A DNA stretch of 53,120 nt from Tubiluchus corallicola (GCA_030141605.1 JAQGDQ010001237.1:1-53120), one strand, 5' to 3'. Counted from the stretch's first letter, positions 10,810 through 22,926 are shown. Numbers and translations are program-made. The notes: generated by a model not told the origin, from the sequence alone.

Positions 10810-11394
10810 TATATCACATATTTCTATACACTTACATAATAATGAAGACACGAGAATAAAACGTTTATTGTTTTGAGGAACTAAAATTTAATGAATATTA
10901 TGAATTTACAAACACAATATTGGCTAATACAACCACCAGTGACCTGTTTCTACTTCGCTATGAAGTTTTTATTTTCCTTGGCTCAATGAAAAAGTAAAAA
11001 AACGCACAAAAAGAATGATATTTCGGGTAGAACGAAACGTAATAAAAGAGCAGTTACTCTTAATATCATTGTGCGCTTTAAGATTCACCAAAACATACAG
11101 CAATGTTTGCAAAACAGCTAGAATACTAACTGATACATGAAGAGCAGGAGATTGGAGAAATGCTGGTTGTTGACTACGAGTTACGGAATGATTTGCTTGT
11201 TTTTCAGATGCATAAACAATACAGGTAATACATAAAATATCACTGTAGTTTGCTGAGCTTTTGAATTTAATGATTAAAGACTGAAGGAGTGGTCTTGCCA
11301 AAACACTTTATTTATATGCGCTTTGATAGCTAAGAGAATCAGTCCAACTAATAGCGATGCATTTCTGTATAATATCTCTCGACTGTACACATTG

Positions 11395-12930
11395 TCGCTT
11401 CAGGTAACTGCCTAGTTTGCCTAGCGGTAGAGCAGACCCAGGCTGTAAATAACAATGCATCAACCTAAAAATCAATGAATTACTTTCAGTAGTTGTCGCT
11501 CCAGGTAACTGCCTAGTTTGCCTAGCGGTAGAGCAGGCCCTGGCTGCAAATAACAATGCATCAACCTAAAAATCAATGAATTACTTTCAGAAGTTGGCGC
11601 CCAAGGTAACTGCCTAGTTTGCCTAGTGGTAGAGCAGGCCCTGGCTGCAAATAACAATGCATAAACCTAAAAATCAATGAATTACTTTCAGAAGTTGGCG
11701 CCCTAGGTAACTGCCTAGTTTGCCTAGTGGTAGAGCAGGCCCTGGCTGCAAATAACAATGCATAAACCTAAAAATCAATGAATTACTTTCAGAAGTTGGC
11801 ACCCTAGGTAACTGCCTAGTTTGCCTAGCGGTAGAGCAGGCCCTGGCTGCAAATAACAATGCATAAACCTCAATGAATTACTTTCAGAAGTTGGCACACT
11901 AGGTAACTGCCTAGTTTGCCTAGCGGTAGAGCAGACCCTGGCTGCAAATAACAATGCATAAACCTAAAAATCAATGAATTACTTTCAGAAGTTGGCACCC
12001 TAGGTAACTGCCTAGTTTGCCTAGTGGTAGAGCAGGCCCAGGCTGCAAATAACAATGCTTAAACCTAAAAATCAATGAATTACTTTCAGAAGTTGGCGCT
12101 CTAGGTAACTGCCTACTTTGCCTAGCGGTAGAGCAGACCCTGGCTGTAAATAACAATGCATAAACCTAAAAATCAATGAATTACTTTCAGAAGTTGGCAC
12201 CCTAGGTAACTGCCTAGTTTGCCTAGCGGTAGAGCAGGCCGAGGCTGCAAATAACAATGTATAAACCTAAAAATCAATGAATTTCAGAAGTTGGCGCTCT
12301 AGGTAACTGCCTAGTTTGCCTAGTGGTAGAGCTGGCCCTGGCTGCAAATAACAATGCATAAACCTAAAAATCAATGAATTACTTTCAAAAGTTGGCACCC
12401 TAGGTAACTGCCTAGTTTGCCTAGTGGTAGAGCAGACCCTGGCTGCAAATAACAATGCATAAACCTCAATGAATTACTTTCAGAAGTTGGCACACTAGGT
12501 AACTGCCTAGTTTGCCTAGCGGTAGAGCAGGCCCTGGCTGCAAATAACAATGCATAAACCTAAAAATCAATGAATTACTTTCAAATGGCCCTAGGAACTG
12601 CCTATTCCTAGCGGTAGAGCGCCGCTGAAATAACAATGCATAAACCAAAATCAATGAATTACTTTCAGAAGTTGGCCCTAGGTAACTCCTAGTTTGCCTA
12701 CGGTAGAGCAGCCGGCTGCAAATAACAATGAAACCAAAACAAAACAACCACCCCAAAAAACACACTAGGTAACTGCCTAGTTTGCCTAGCGGTAGAGCAG
12801 GCCCTGGCTGCAAATAACAATGCATAAACCTAAAAATCAATGAATTACTTTCAGTAGTTGGCACCCTAGCTAACTGCCTAGTTTGCCTAGTGGTAGAGCA
12901 GGCCCTGGCTGCAAATAACAATGCATAAAC
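11395..12930. repeat. ~101-bp satellite array (~15 copies)
   Basis: Period of 101 (ORF-track artefacts at 11472, 11573, 11674); minus-strand unit contains CAGGGCCTGCTCTACCGCTAGGCAAACTAGGCAGTTACCTAGGG. Confidence 0.95.
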
Positions 12931-13375
12931 ATCCACTCAACAATAGCTACATAAAAATATTTCCCAATAGGTGTCTGAACTTACCTAAATACATAGATAT
13001 TATATTATGTAAATATGAATTTTACTGTAACAACGACAGCAATAAACAACAACATACAGTATATCAACAATTTTGATTTTATAATACTTGACGAGAGGAA
13101 GAATATATCGTAATAAACAACAATAATATGACAATAGAGACAAATATTATGAAGCTCGCCATGAACAGCGTTACAAAAATCCAAAAATAGATCTATAAGG
13201 GTTATACTCAAACAGTATATAATATTAGCTACCAGAAATATACTTAACCTTATTTGGTATAACAAGAAAAAAAGTTATATTAATATTATACTTATATGTA
13301 AATCCTTTCAAATCTCATGCTTAGTAGAACTGTCACCTCCTCATAACAACAATAGATAGCACGTGTGGATACATG

Positions 13376-13744
13376 TCAAAGCCGTGTTGCCACACGTTCA
13401 AATATGAAAAAATTATCTATATTTCAAACAGATCTATAAGTACTTCTGCACGTCTGTAAATTGGCCCAAACAATCATTACAAGATCCATAAGTTTCACAA
13501 AATCCATAAAATTCATACAACAAAACAAATAAATTTGAAATTTTAAATATCCGAATATCCGAATCAAAGCCGTGTTGCCATATGTTCAAATATGAAAAAT
13601 TTATCTATATTTCAAACAGATCTATAAATACTTCTGCACGTCTGTAAATTGGCCCAAACAATCATTACTAGATCCGTAAGTTTCACAAAATCCATAAAAT
13701 TCATACAACAAAACAAATAAATTTGAAATTTTAAATATCCGAAT
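13376..13744. repeat. Tandem duplication (~188 bp x2)
   Basis: TCAAAGCCGTGTTGCCA...AAATATCCGAAT occurs at about 13376 and 13564. Confidence 0.9.
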
Positions 13745-14475
13745 TCACTATACACTAATAATAGCTAGGTAATCTCAAGACTCAAAGTGACTAAATAATT
13801 GTCATAAATGTACAATAATAAGAGTAAAATACACCAGAGTGACACGCGCAGGTGAAAATCTTTTGACTGGTCCTTGAGTTGAATCTGGGACTTTGGCTTA
13901 TACAACCACATAAGCTATTCTTCGATATTTCAACCAATCCAATTTAAAAGTATTCACTCCTTTCAGGACCGCACCTTTCAAGGTAGGTATTCTAAGACCT
14001 ATGACTTTCCTGCTACTGTATGAGCACAGACATAACTAAATGATTACAAATTAAGTACTGTTCTATTAAGGAGAATCTCGATTATCCAATCGTTCTATTC
14101 GTTTAAACATTTATAAGTGATTTGATTGGAGAAGATCAAGAAAAACACACCCTTCTTAGTACTCCAACTTAGCCTATTGAGTAACTTAGTTTGATGTACA
14201 CTTGTTACAACCTAAGAGAACTGTCTGTTGTGCAGAGTTCAAGAAAAAAACCAACCGCTCAGCCAAAGACAAATTAAGGTCGTTATTTCTCCTTAGAAAA
14301 TAGAGTAGATTCGAGACCAAAGTGTATCAGAGTGTTGTGTCTGGATAGTTGAAATTTACTGCATTAGCCAATTTCACACAAGTGATGCTGACTTACATCA
14401 ATTTCATCCAAACGATCTTATCAACACACCATTAGATATCAAAAATACAGAGACATGGGAGGTTGCAGGGAAGGT

Positions 14476-14928
14476 TGCATCGTAAGCCAAAAAAGCTTCC
14501 TGTTAATCAAACGGGAAGGCATCGCAAACCAAAAAAGCTTCCTGTTAATCAAACGGGAAGGCATCGTAAACCAAAAAAGCTTCCTGTTAATCAAACGGGA
14601 AGGCATCATCAACCAAAAAAGCTTCCTGTTAATCAAACGGGAAGGCATCATCAACCAAAAAAGCTTCCTGTTAATCAAACGGGAAGGCATCATCAACCAA
14701 AAAAGCTTCCTGTTAATCAAACAGGAAGGCATCGTAAACCAAAAGCTTCCTGTTAATCAAACGGGAAGGCATCGTAAACCAAAAAAGCTTCCTGTTAATC
14801 AAACGGGAACGCATCATCAACCAAAAAAGCTTCCTGTTAATCAAACGGGAAGGCATCGTAAACCAAAAAAGCTTCCTGTTAATCAAACGGGAAGGCATCA
14901 TCAACCAAAAAAGCTTCCTGTTAATCAA
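14476..14928. repeat. 42-bp minisatellite (~11 copies)
   Basis: Unit GCATC(GTA/ATC)AACCAAAAAAGCTTCCTGTTAATCAAACGGGAAG. Confidence 0.95.
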
Positions 14929-16118
14929 TGAGTTTGCATACATGGCAGAGAATCAGATATTGAAGATGAGCAACATTTTTTAATGAACTGCGATAAATAT
15001 AAAATTCACAGAAAGACAGCCTTCACTAAAATCTCAAGCATGTCTTGGTTTTACTAAAATGAATAATGTTGACAAATGTTTGTTTTTGGCAGGGAGCAAA
15101 GATCTAGAAATACTAACAGTTGTTTGCAACCGAATGGATAAATGTTTTGTAACTAAGAGGAAGCTATAGATTTGCGTATTTATAAAATTGGATTGTTAAC
15201 TTTGTTATCTTCATTCCAAAAAGACTTTATCAACCCACCATTAGATATCAAGATGACATGGGAGGTTGGGGGGTGACAGAGCAGCATGGAGTAAAGTGAT
15301 TGTGAGGGTCATGTGAGAGGATGTGTGACTCCAGAAATGATGAGCATAGATAACAGCCAATGTAGTTCAGCGGAAAGTACAAATGGGAAATTAAAGTGGC
15401 GTTTGTGTCTATGAAAAGGACAGATTGCAAAAGCAATGATAAACGAAGAACCTTACATTGAAATTGTCACAATTATACAGCCCTAAGTCTTTCGAAAATT
15501 TGTAATAACGATGAATAAAAGAGCGAGAAAAAACTTTTGCACAAAGCAAATTCCTGTGGGAAAATTCCTTAACGATGAAAACAAAGACCAAAATTAATAT
15601 TCATATTGAAAATAACATTACAATATACGTCATATATGACTGGTTTCTAAAAACCTCAGATACTATACATCCTAGTTTATACTTACACACACTCACAACT
15701 CATATACAAAGTAACTACGAAACTTAGCTGGAATGTGAGGAAAACTAAAAGCAAAGACTTGTTATAATAGGCCATTTAAAAATAAACTTCTTTAAACATA
15801 AATGATAACATAAACGGAAGCTGCACATTCTTCAGCTGCTGGGCTGTAGTAAATTACAGTTCTATTTTCAGTTTAAACGACCGTTTACTGGGAACGCTAA
15901 AATGCAAAATGTTTATAAAAATAATATCATCAATTTATACGAAATAGGCCTATAAAGTACTCCATTCATATCTAAGAAATTGGCGAAAGGCCATTTGTTT
16001 GTTTAACATCTTCTATTGAGATCATCTTTTTGCATGTTGAACAGTTTGTACTTTTTAAGTTCTCTTTACGTTCGAGGATTACGGACAGTTCAAAGATGGG
16101 TTTATTTCATTGCTTATA

Positions 16119-16704
16119 CAGTAAGTCCTTGCTTAACAACTCCCCGTTTAGCGACATTTCGTTGTAACGACGATTTTTTTTTACTTTGCTCAAAGCCACT
16201 TTCTATTTTATCAACAACTTTTTTTTACCTAATTTGAAGCGTTGAAATGGTACATATTGCATTGTTCTGTTCTAAAAACGCATTAGTAACCTACATAGTG
16301 CAATTATTATAATGTTTTTGCTTTCCGACTGACCGACATACTAAAATCTAGCCGACTATATCAAGCGACACCTTACTTTAAACTTTATGCCAAGGAATCA
16401 CGTCTGTAAGCTTTAACATAACCAGATTAGTACTACATGAAATTGTCTCAAGGTTGCTCCATGCAGAGCTTGGCTTTCACTACGCAGCGTTCAACACTCA
16501 GTGTTTAAACGGGAGGAGAAATCACTAGCAAAGATGGTCTCAAGGAAACGGAAAGAAATTAATCAGTAGAAACATGTTTAATTTATATGATTTAAGCAGC
16601 ATTGATGCATTGATTTTTCGTTCTGGAATTTGAATTTGTTTACATCACTAACTATGGAAGCTTTGGTTAAGAATGTGTTTGTATTGTGAAGCAAGGACTT
16701 ACTG
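16119..16704. mobile_element. pogo/Tigger-like MITE
   Basis: Perfect 16-bp TIR CAGTAAGTCCTTGCTT; TA TSD; ends 19 bp from the aminopeptidase stop codon. Confidence 0.85.
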
Positions 16705-16723
16705 TACCATTGTCATTACAGTT

Positions 16724-19669
16724 TTAAACATTACTCTCAAACCAACTCTCGAGAAGGAGTTCACCGCGGGAATTCAGCATCCAGTCAACATTGTGGCGAA
16801 CCGTTTCCAGCACTTGGTAGGATGCCCGTCCTGCCTCCTTTTTTAAATCGAAGAATTCTGACAGCTGCTTATAGTCGAACTCGGAGGAGAAGTGTCGTGT
16901 GACCGTCTTCAGCATCCGGGCAAATCCGGCACCGCGACCACCTATTCGAATTATCGCCTGCCAGTTGGAGCACAGAAAGCGCCATGCATGCCACCTGGTG
17001 AGAGGATTCATACCCACGCCCATTATAACGTACTGCATGTCTTGCGGGCGGATGAATTCTGCGTTCAGGGAGTAGCGGAGCATTTGTGTCATTTGCCAAA
17101 CATTTTTGCTCGCCGTCAGCGCTACGAGCAGCAACTTCTTCTCAGAAGCAACGGTGGTGCTGCGATACTGTTCCCACGCAAACTGCCACTCCTCCTCGCC
17201 TCCGTACTTGATCGCGTTAGAGTACACCACACTTCTTAGATTTGGAGGTACCGAGGTCGCGTTGTCCATCCACAGACGGTACATTTCCAGCGTCTCTTTT
17301 TCGCACTCTGGATGTTCTACTAAACATGCAAGTTTCAAGATGGTGGTGCGCAGAAGCTTTTCAAGATGGCTGCCGGTGTCAGTCCACTTGACGTACTTTA
17401 ATGCGGGTGAAACAATACCTAGAATGTACTTTTTCAAGTTTTTATACACAGGCTTATCATTCGTTAGGAGGAGTAAGATTTCAAGATGATACCTGACTGT
17501 CTCCCAAGGAGCATAATCTCTTTCAGACTTCAAATACATCGACAAGTTAAGGGCAATTTTGGGAGCAAGTTCGGCGCCAAACTGCAAAGAAAAGGCGTCG
17601 TCAATCAGACCTGCTCGATCGAGTGACGACAATGCCGTATGGTTCTTCCACAGAAGTTCTATCAACGTTTCCCAATTCAGAGTATCGTACTTGACTCGGT
17701 AATAGCCAGTCTGATTCACGTTCGCCTTTATCCATCTCGGTATGGGACTTATGTGGAACACTGTGTTCAAGTGTCGATTGATCCACAACTGTTTCATCTC
17801 GTTTTGGTCGGTTATGTAGGTGAGGGGCACGTCCCACACGTACCCCAGTCGAGATTCGTCTCCCGGCATAGTGAAGTTCTCAGCAGTGTCACGATTCAGA
17901 AGGAATCTCTGCTGACGCACGCGTAGTTTCCCATTGGCTCTGTCGAACGAGATGGTTAGAACAGGATAACCCATTTGTTCCGTCCACGTCTGCATGATAT
18001 GCGGAACGTTAATCTCGCTCATGCCGTTCTCGCTAGCGCTGATGTTTAAGGCCTTCCACAAATCACCCGTGTTGGCATTTTGGAATTCGTGGTTAGTTAA
18101 GTACTTTGTAAGACCATCTTTCAAGACTTTCTCCGACAAAAAGCTCTGCACCATGCTGATTAGAGCGGCACCTTTCTGGTAGGAAATGTCATCAAACAAT
18201 GACTCCACTTCGTCGCTATCGTGTACCTCCACGCTGATTGGATGAGAGGATGCCAGCGCGTCTGTGTGCAGAGCATACCGAGTTTGCTTCACGAAGAACT
18301 GGGTCATCATTTCCCATTCTGGTTTCACAAAACTAGAACCGATGTATTCGACAAAGGACGCAAAGCCTTCGTTCAGCCACAAGTCATTCCACCAGTCCAT
18401 CGTCACCAAGTTGCCGAACCACTGATGCGCCAGTTCGTGTGCCACAACAATGGCGACACGCTGCTGCGCCGACACGGAAGAGACACCCGGATTGTACAAG
18501 ATGGCAGTCTCACGGTACGTGATTAAACCCCAGTTCTCCATTGCACCGGCTTTAAAATCAGGAATGGCTATTAAATCCAGTTTCGGAAGTTGGTAGGGGA
18601 TCTGGAAAAAATCATGGTAACGACTGAGGATCTTGCCAGTTATATCCAAGGCAAAATCCACTTGATCGATTTTTTCCAGTGGCGCATAAACTGCAATGTC
18701 CGTAACGGTCACAGCTTCGGATGCGTCCAATTTATGCTCCACCTTGGTTGTCTTTGCTTTAAAATCGCAGACAATCATCGCTACAAGATATGTACTCATG
18801 GCTGGCGTTGCCTTGAACGCATCTGCAGTCATACCGTCCGTAGTATTTTCAGTATGCTCAACCGGCTCGTTCGACAAAGCAATAAACCGAGAATCATGTT
18901 CTATTCGTATTTGAAATACGGCCTTGAAATTCGGTTCATCGAAGCAAGGAAAGGCCTCTCGTGCGGAAGTCGGCTCAAACTGGGTGGTGGCTATATAATG
19001 GTGAGCATCAGCGGAGTCATTATACGTGCTCCGATACAGACCGGAAAGTTTGTCTACTAAAGGGGCATTGAATTCAATACGCAATTCCACACTTTCACTT
19101 AGTTGAAGACCTCTAGCAAGGCGAAACGATACCATTTGTCTTGGCTTATATTCCAACATCTGTACAACACGTATCCGTCCGCCGTGCTTCAACGACCTCA
19201 CACTGTAGTGCGTTAGGGTTAAATTGGTGGAATGTAGCACAATAAGATTCGTTTTCTCAGGTGCATCTATGGTGATCGAAATGTTACCGTAAAAATGGAA
19301 TTCTGGACCGAGGTGAATGCGCACCTGAAGATCGTAAAGTTTCGGTCGCACTTGCTGAGGAAGACGATAACTGTTCCAAGGAAACAACACACCGTCCTCG
19401 GTCATTGGCAGCTGCGTTGTCGGCACGGATACGTTAGCCGGCAAAGTCCGACGACAAACTTCAACAGTTGGTTGAGAAAACGCCGCAACAAACGCTACAG
19501 TTAAAATGACGGCAGCCGTGAGAATGGCTACAAGAGCCGCACGTTTTGGACTGCACACAAGCGTTCGAACGCCGGTCTGATCACCGTCAGACATTTGTTC
19601 ATACTTAGTGTCATTACGGCTGCCCATTATGAACGCGACACTGTCTCTTTCCCCATCTGCGTCTGCCAT
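16724..19669 (-). CDS. M1-family zinc aminopeptidase, type II membrane protein (ERAP/IRAP/aminopeptidase A-N-like), single-exon CDS
   Basis: GAMEN and HELAH-x18-E motifs, TQFEPT, SYQKG catalytic Tyr and an N-terminal TM anchor. The ORF track starts at TTG 19771; the first ATG (good Kozak context AGTATGG) is at 19669, giving 981 aa. Confidence 0.95.
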   Translation of the reverse strand: MADADGERDSVAFIMGSRNDTKYEQMSDGDQTGVRTLVCSPKRAALVAILTAAVILTVAFVAAFSQPTVEVCRRTLPANVSVPTTQLPMTEDGVLFPWNSYRLPQQVRPKLYDLQVRIHLGPEFHFYGNISITIDAPEKTNLIVLHSTNLTLTHYSVRSLKHGGRIRVVQMLEYKPRQMVSFRLARGLQLSESVELRIEFNAPLVDKLSGLYRSTYNDSADAHHYIATTQFEPTSAREAFPCFDEPNFKAVFQIRIEHDSRFIALSNEPVEHTENTTDGMTADAFKATPAMSTYLVAMIVCDFKAKTTKVEHKLDASEAVTVTDIAVYAPLEKIDQVDFALDITGKILSRYHDFFQIPYQLPKLDLIAIPDFKAGAMENWGLITYRETAILYNPGVSSVSAQQRVAIVVAHELAHQWFGNLVTMDWWNDLWLNEGFASFVEYIGSSFVKPEWEMMTQFFVKQTRYALHTDALASSHPISVEVHDSDEVESLFDDISYQKGAALISMVQSFLSEKVLKDGLTKYLTNHEFQNANTGDLWKALNISASENGMSEINVPHIMQTWTEQMGYPVLTISFDRANGKLRVRQQRFLLNRDTAENFTMPGDESRLGYVWDVPLTYITDQNEMKQLWINRHLNTVFHISPIPRWIKANVNQTGYYRVKYDTLNWETLIELLWKNHTALSSLDRAGLIDDAFSLQFGAELAPKIALNLSMYLKSERDYAPWETVRYHLEILLLLTNDKPVYKNLKKYILGIVSPALKYVKWTDTGSHLEKLLRTTILKLACLVEHPECEKETLEMYRLWMDNATSVPPNLRSVVYSNAIKYGGEEEWQFAWEQYRSTTVASEKKLLLVALTASKNVWQMTQMLRYSLNAEFIRPQDMQYVIMGVGMNPLTRWHAWRFLCSNWQAIIRIGGRGAGFARMLKTVTRHFSSEFDYKQLSEFFDLKKEAGRASYQVLETVRHNVDWMLNSRGELLLESWFESNV

Positions 19670-20002
19670 ACTGACACGACTGTATTTGTATTTTTTAGCT
19701 TCCAGCCTGGTGGTGATTACCCAAATCACAGTGAAGTCCCATAGACCAATTACCTTGCTTACGATTACCAAAATATGCCGTACGGGTGTTGGAAAACCAC
19801 CAATGGCAGTTCCTTTCCATTACTTGCACCACACCATTATAAAGCAACCTAAAATCAAAGCAGAAAAAACTTAGATAAAATAAAATGTTAAAGGATGATT
19901 TACTCGTCAAATCACGTAATGTTATTAGACGTTACACAGTTGCAAAAAACACAGCAGACTGCAATGTAATGAGTGTGGGTGTAGTAGTTGAACACACTAT
20001 AC

Positions 20003-20434
20003 CAGGAGTGTGCAAATTGCGGCCCGCCGAGAGAATTTGTGCGGCCCGGGCGATTTATTGAGTGTATCCAGCTGAAGTCCGTGCTACGATCCCAAAGATA
20101 GTGCGGGTAGTTTTTTCTACTAGATCGGATGCCATTAACCCTTACAAGACGGTTGTAGCTTAATGTCACTGTACTACACAGACTGTGTGATACACATTAC
20201 TAATATGCATTGTAATGAAATTACCACTATCTGTCCTGAAAGTAGAAATATATGGTTTGTAATATAAATTTTAATAACTCCTAAAATAGTTTCTTGAATG
20301 TAGTAGTAATGATGTACGCAGGTCGGATGCAAAAAAAATCGTTATTAGGCCTTTCTGTACTTAGCTCCTTGATCAAACTTGATCAAACGAAAGCTTAATG
20401 GGGCCCGGCTAGTCAGATAATTTGCACACCCCTG
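20003..20434. mobile_element. hAT (Charlie/Buster-like) MITE, family A copy 1
   Basis: TIRs CAGGAGTGTGCAAATT and AATTTGCACACCCCTG; 8-bp TSD CACTATAC/CGCTATAC; inverted homolog at 41780-42236. Confidence 0.9.
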
Positions 20435-20649
20435 CGCTATACAGTCATGTATAGACTGTATATATTCACAGCTAGTTGTGTTTTTCAACGCATAATTTTA
20501 AAGTGTAAATCAAAGTATTGACAAAGTATTCATTATGGTGAATTAATGTGTGGAAAAACAATTTTGATACTTAAAATCTTATCAGACTATCAATTATTGT
20601 GATATTAGTGATCAACAATTTCCTGATATATCAGACAACAGTGTTTAGT

Positions 20650-21465
20650 TTGACAGGAGCAACACGGTTGCAGAGTTGTTTGGACAAGGTAATTAACTAG
20701 AGCACAAAGGCCTTTAATAGGCCGAATAGCATACTATTACAGACATACAGAAGGTCTATACCCACAAATTTAGCTGAATTACGCGCTCTGTTGAAGAGAC
20801 AGATGAACAAAATTAACAAATCAACAATAATCGATATTTTAATGAACAGCCCTGATGACAGCAGTGGTGCGATTTGACAAACTGGCCCCAATTGACAAAC
20901 TGGAATCTAAATTGATTGAGAAACTCAGTGAGAAAGAGGAAGCTTTGCAGAACGAAATTGATGCTCTTAGGACTACAGTTAATAATCAGTAAAAGTTCCT
21001 TGAACAATTATAACAAAATACTTTGTACTCTTTGAATACAGTGAACACTGCTTAATAAAACCACCACTGGATGACCAATTAGCTGTCTTAATAATAAACA
21101 GAGGTTTTACTAGGCAGCAGCCTTTAGGAAGCGTATAATCAGCAAACTGCGGTATGTAAATCTATTATCTTTCTTCCTACCATTTCCACTAACACATCCT
21201 TCTACCCTTCCTGTGTAATCTAACCTTTCTCCCAGTCCTTTTTTTGTTCACTCATCCATTTTTTTATCAGGTTCACATGACAGTGGGCTTATACAAGCCT
21301 TTGCTTCTCTAGCCCACTGCAGTACAATTATTCTTTTATGATAACGATAGTGTATGAAATATAACAATTTAATATAGTAGATGTAATAATTTTGATGTCA
21401 CTGTGCGCTTTATATTGTACTGAAAGTGATAATAATAATAAATAAAAAAAAATAAAAAAAAATAA
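20650..21465 (+). mobile_element. Possible internally deleted LINE remnant
   Basis: Decayed coiled-coil ORF1-like reading (EKLSEKEEALQNEIDALRTTVNNQ*KFLEQ), a 3' hairpin CAGTGGGCT...AGCCCACTG (21281-21319) and an A-rich tail. Confidence 0.3.
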
Positions 21466-21839
21466 GTAAATGCTTCGCCCTAGTTAATGCAGTATTATGT
21501 CACACTTATATGCGCAAGCAGTTCACTTGCATTACCTTTATTTTTAACATCTGCATTGTTCTGTTCTGTAAAAACATGTTTATTAACAAGTTGTCAATTT
21601 TGGTTACATGTAGCTAGTTTTATCATTCAATTTAGTAACCAGGCTTTTGCGAGACACCTCTGAATATAAGCCGTTTTCCACTAGCTGCAGGATTGTAGCC
21701 CTTTAAATTAATCTAACTTCCTCTGTGCATCTAAACTCAGTGCACTTCCATCTGCCTGGCATAATTTAACAATATGTCATGCAAGCAATTAAGCACGGGG
21801 CAGTCGGCTCACTTTTGTTCAAGCATACGACAAAGATTC

Positions 21840-22360
21840 TTCTTCTTCTTCCCAGCTTTTCCCTATTCGGGGTCGCCGTTGTGAATGAGTCTTCTCCACG
21901 CATTCCTGTTGTTGACCATCTCTTCATTTATGTTCTTCTCTCTAAGGTCTCCATTAATACATTCAAACCATCTCCGCTTGGGTCGTCCTCTTCTTCTATT
22001 TCCCAGCACTTCCATTTCCATGACCTCCCTTCCCACATGGTCTTCACCGACTCTTCTTTTCAGGTGTCCATACCATCGGAATCTTGCCTCTTGTATCTTC
22101 TTCGAGGCTTCCACTACTTTTACTGTTCCTCTGATATTATCATTTCTAATTTCATCTCTTCTTGTTATTCCCACCATCCATCTCAACATCCTCATCTCCA
22201 CCACATCCATTTTCTTCTCTTCGGTCTTCTTTAGGGGTGCTGCTTCCAGCCCATAGATTAGAGCGGGTCTGACCACTATCTTTATGGACTTTACCTTTAA
22301 GTCTCACCGGTATTTTCTTATCGCATATCACACCCGAAACTTTTCGCCAGTTATACAACA
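21840..22360 (-). mobile_element. 5'-truncated RTE-clade LINE (Rex3/Expander-like C-terminus)
   Basis: WRKVSGVICDKKIPVRLKGKV / VRPALIYGLE...RWYGHLKRR...RRRGRPKRRW split by a frameshift; (GAA)n tail; 15-bp TSD ATA(C/T)GACAAAGATTC. Confidence 0.9.
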
Positions 22361-22877
22361 ATATGACAAAGATTCAAGTTCGTTTTAAAAACAAAGTCCA
22401 GCAATGCAGAGCAGCTATGACAAAACAAATATCAAACAAGCATTTATGTTTAATATAGTCACAGAGTGTTTGCATTTTTTGCCAACAGTAACCTGTAAAC
22501 ATTGCTTGTGATAATTTCTTTTTACCTTGCGTTAAATTGTGTTTTGCTTGATATAATCCTTTAATTATTTGATAAGTTTTGCTTACCTTGTAGAATTTAG
22601 TTTGTTTTTTGTTTTCACGTGATATGAGATATATTTATTGATTTTTCATATTGCATCTTTACATTACTGTATCTGTTTTACCATTATTTATGCATATAGT
22701 ATAACTATTATTATTATTCACAATGTAACCTCATATTCAATTCACAAGAATTTCTCGCTTACTATTTTTTCCGCCCTTTAAAAATTTTACTAGATTAAAT
22801 ACACATTTCTTCTACTTAGTACTTAATTAAATACCAAATCTATTTTTAATACTATAATATTTATATATTTTTTAGGT

Positions 22878-22926
22878 ATATATATATATATATATATATA
22901 CATATATATATACATATGCATATATA
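22878..22926. repeat. (TA)n microsatellite
   Basis: Direct read. Confidence 0.9.

Noticed and set aside
11308-12936. Series of near-identical 61-aa ORFs; superficially CRISPR-like periodicity
   Set aside because: Artefacts of a 101-bp satellite with non-ATG starts; no unique spacers and no cas genes in a eukaryotic context.
14439-14943. Repetitive basic ORFs on both strands
   Set aside because: The 42-bp minisatellite is open in several frames and frameshifts internally; no splice or homology support.
19670-19771. N-terminal extension of the aminopeptidase in the ORF track
   Set aside because: Begins at TTG; the first ATG with a good Kozak context is at 19669.
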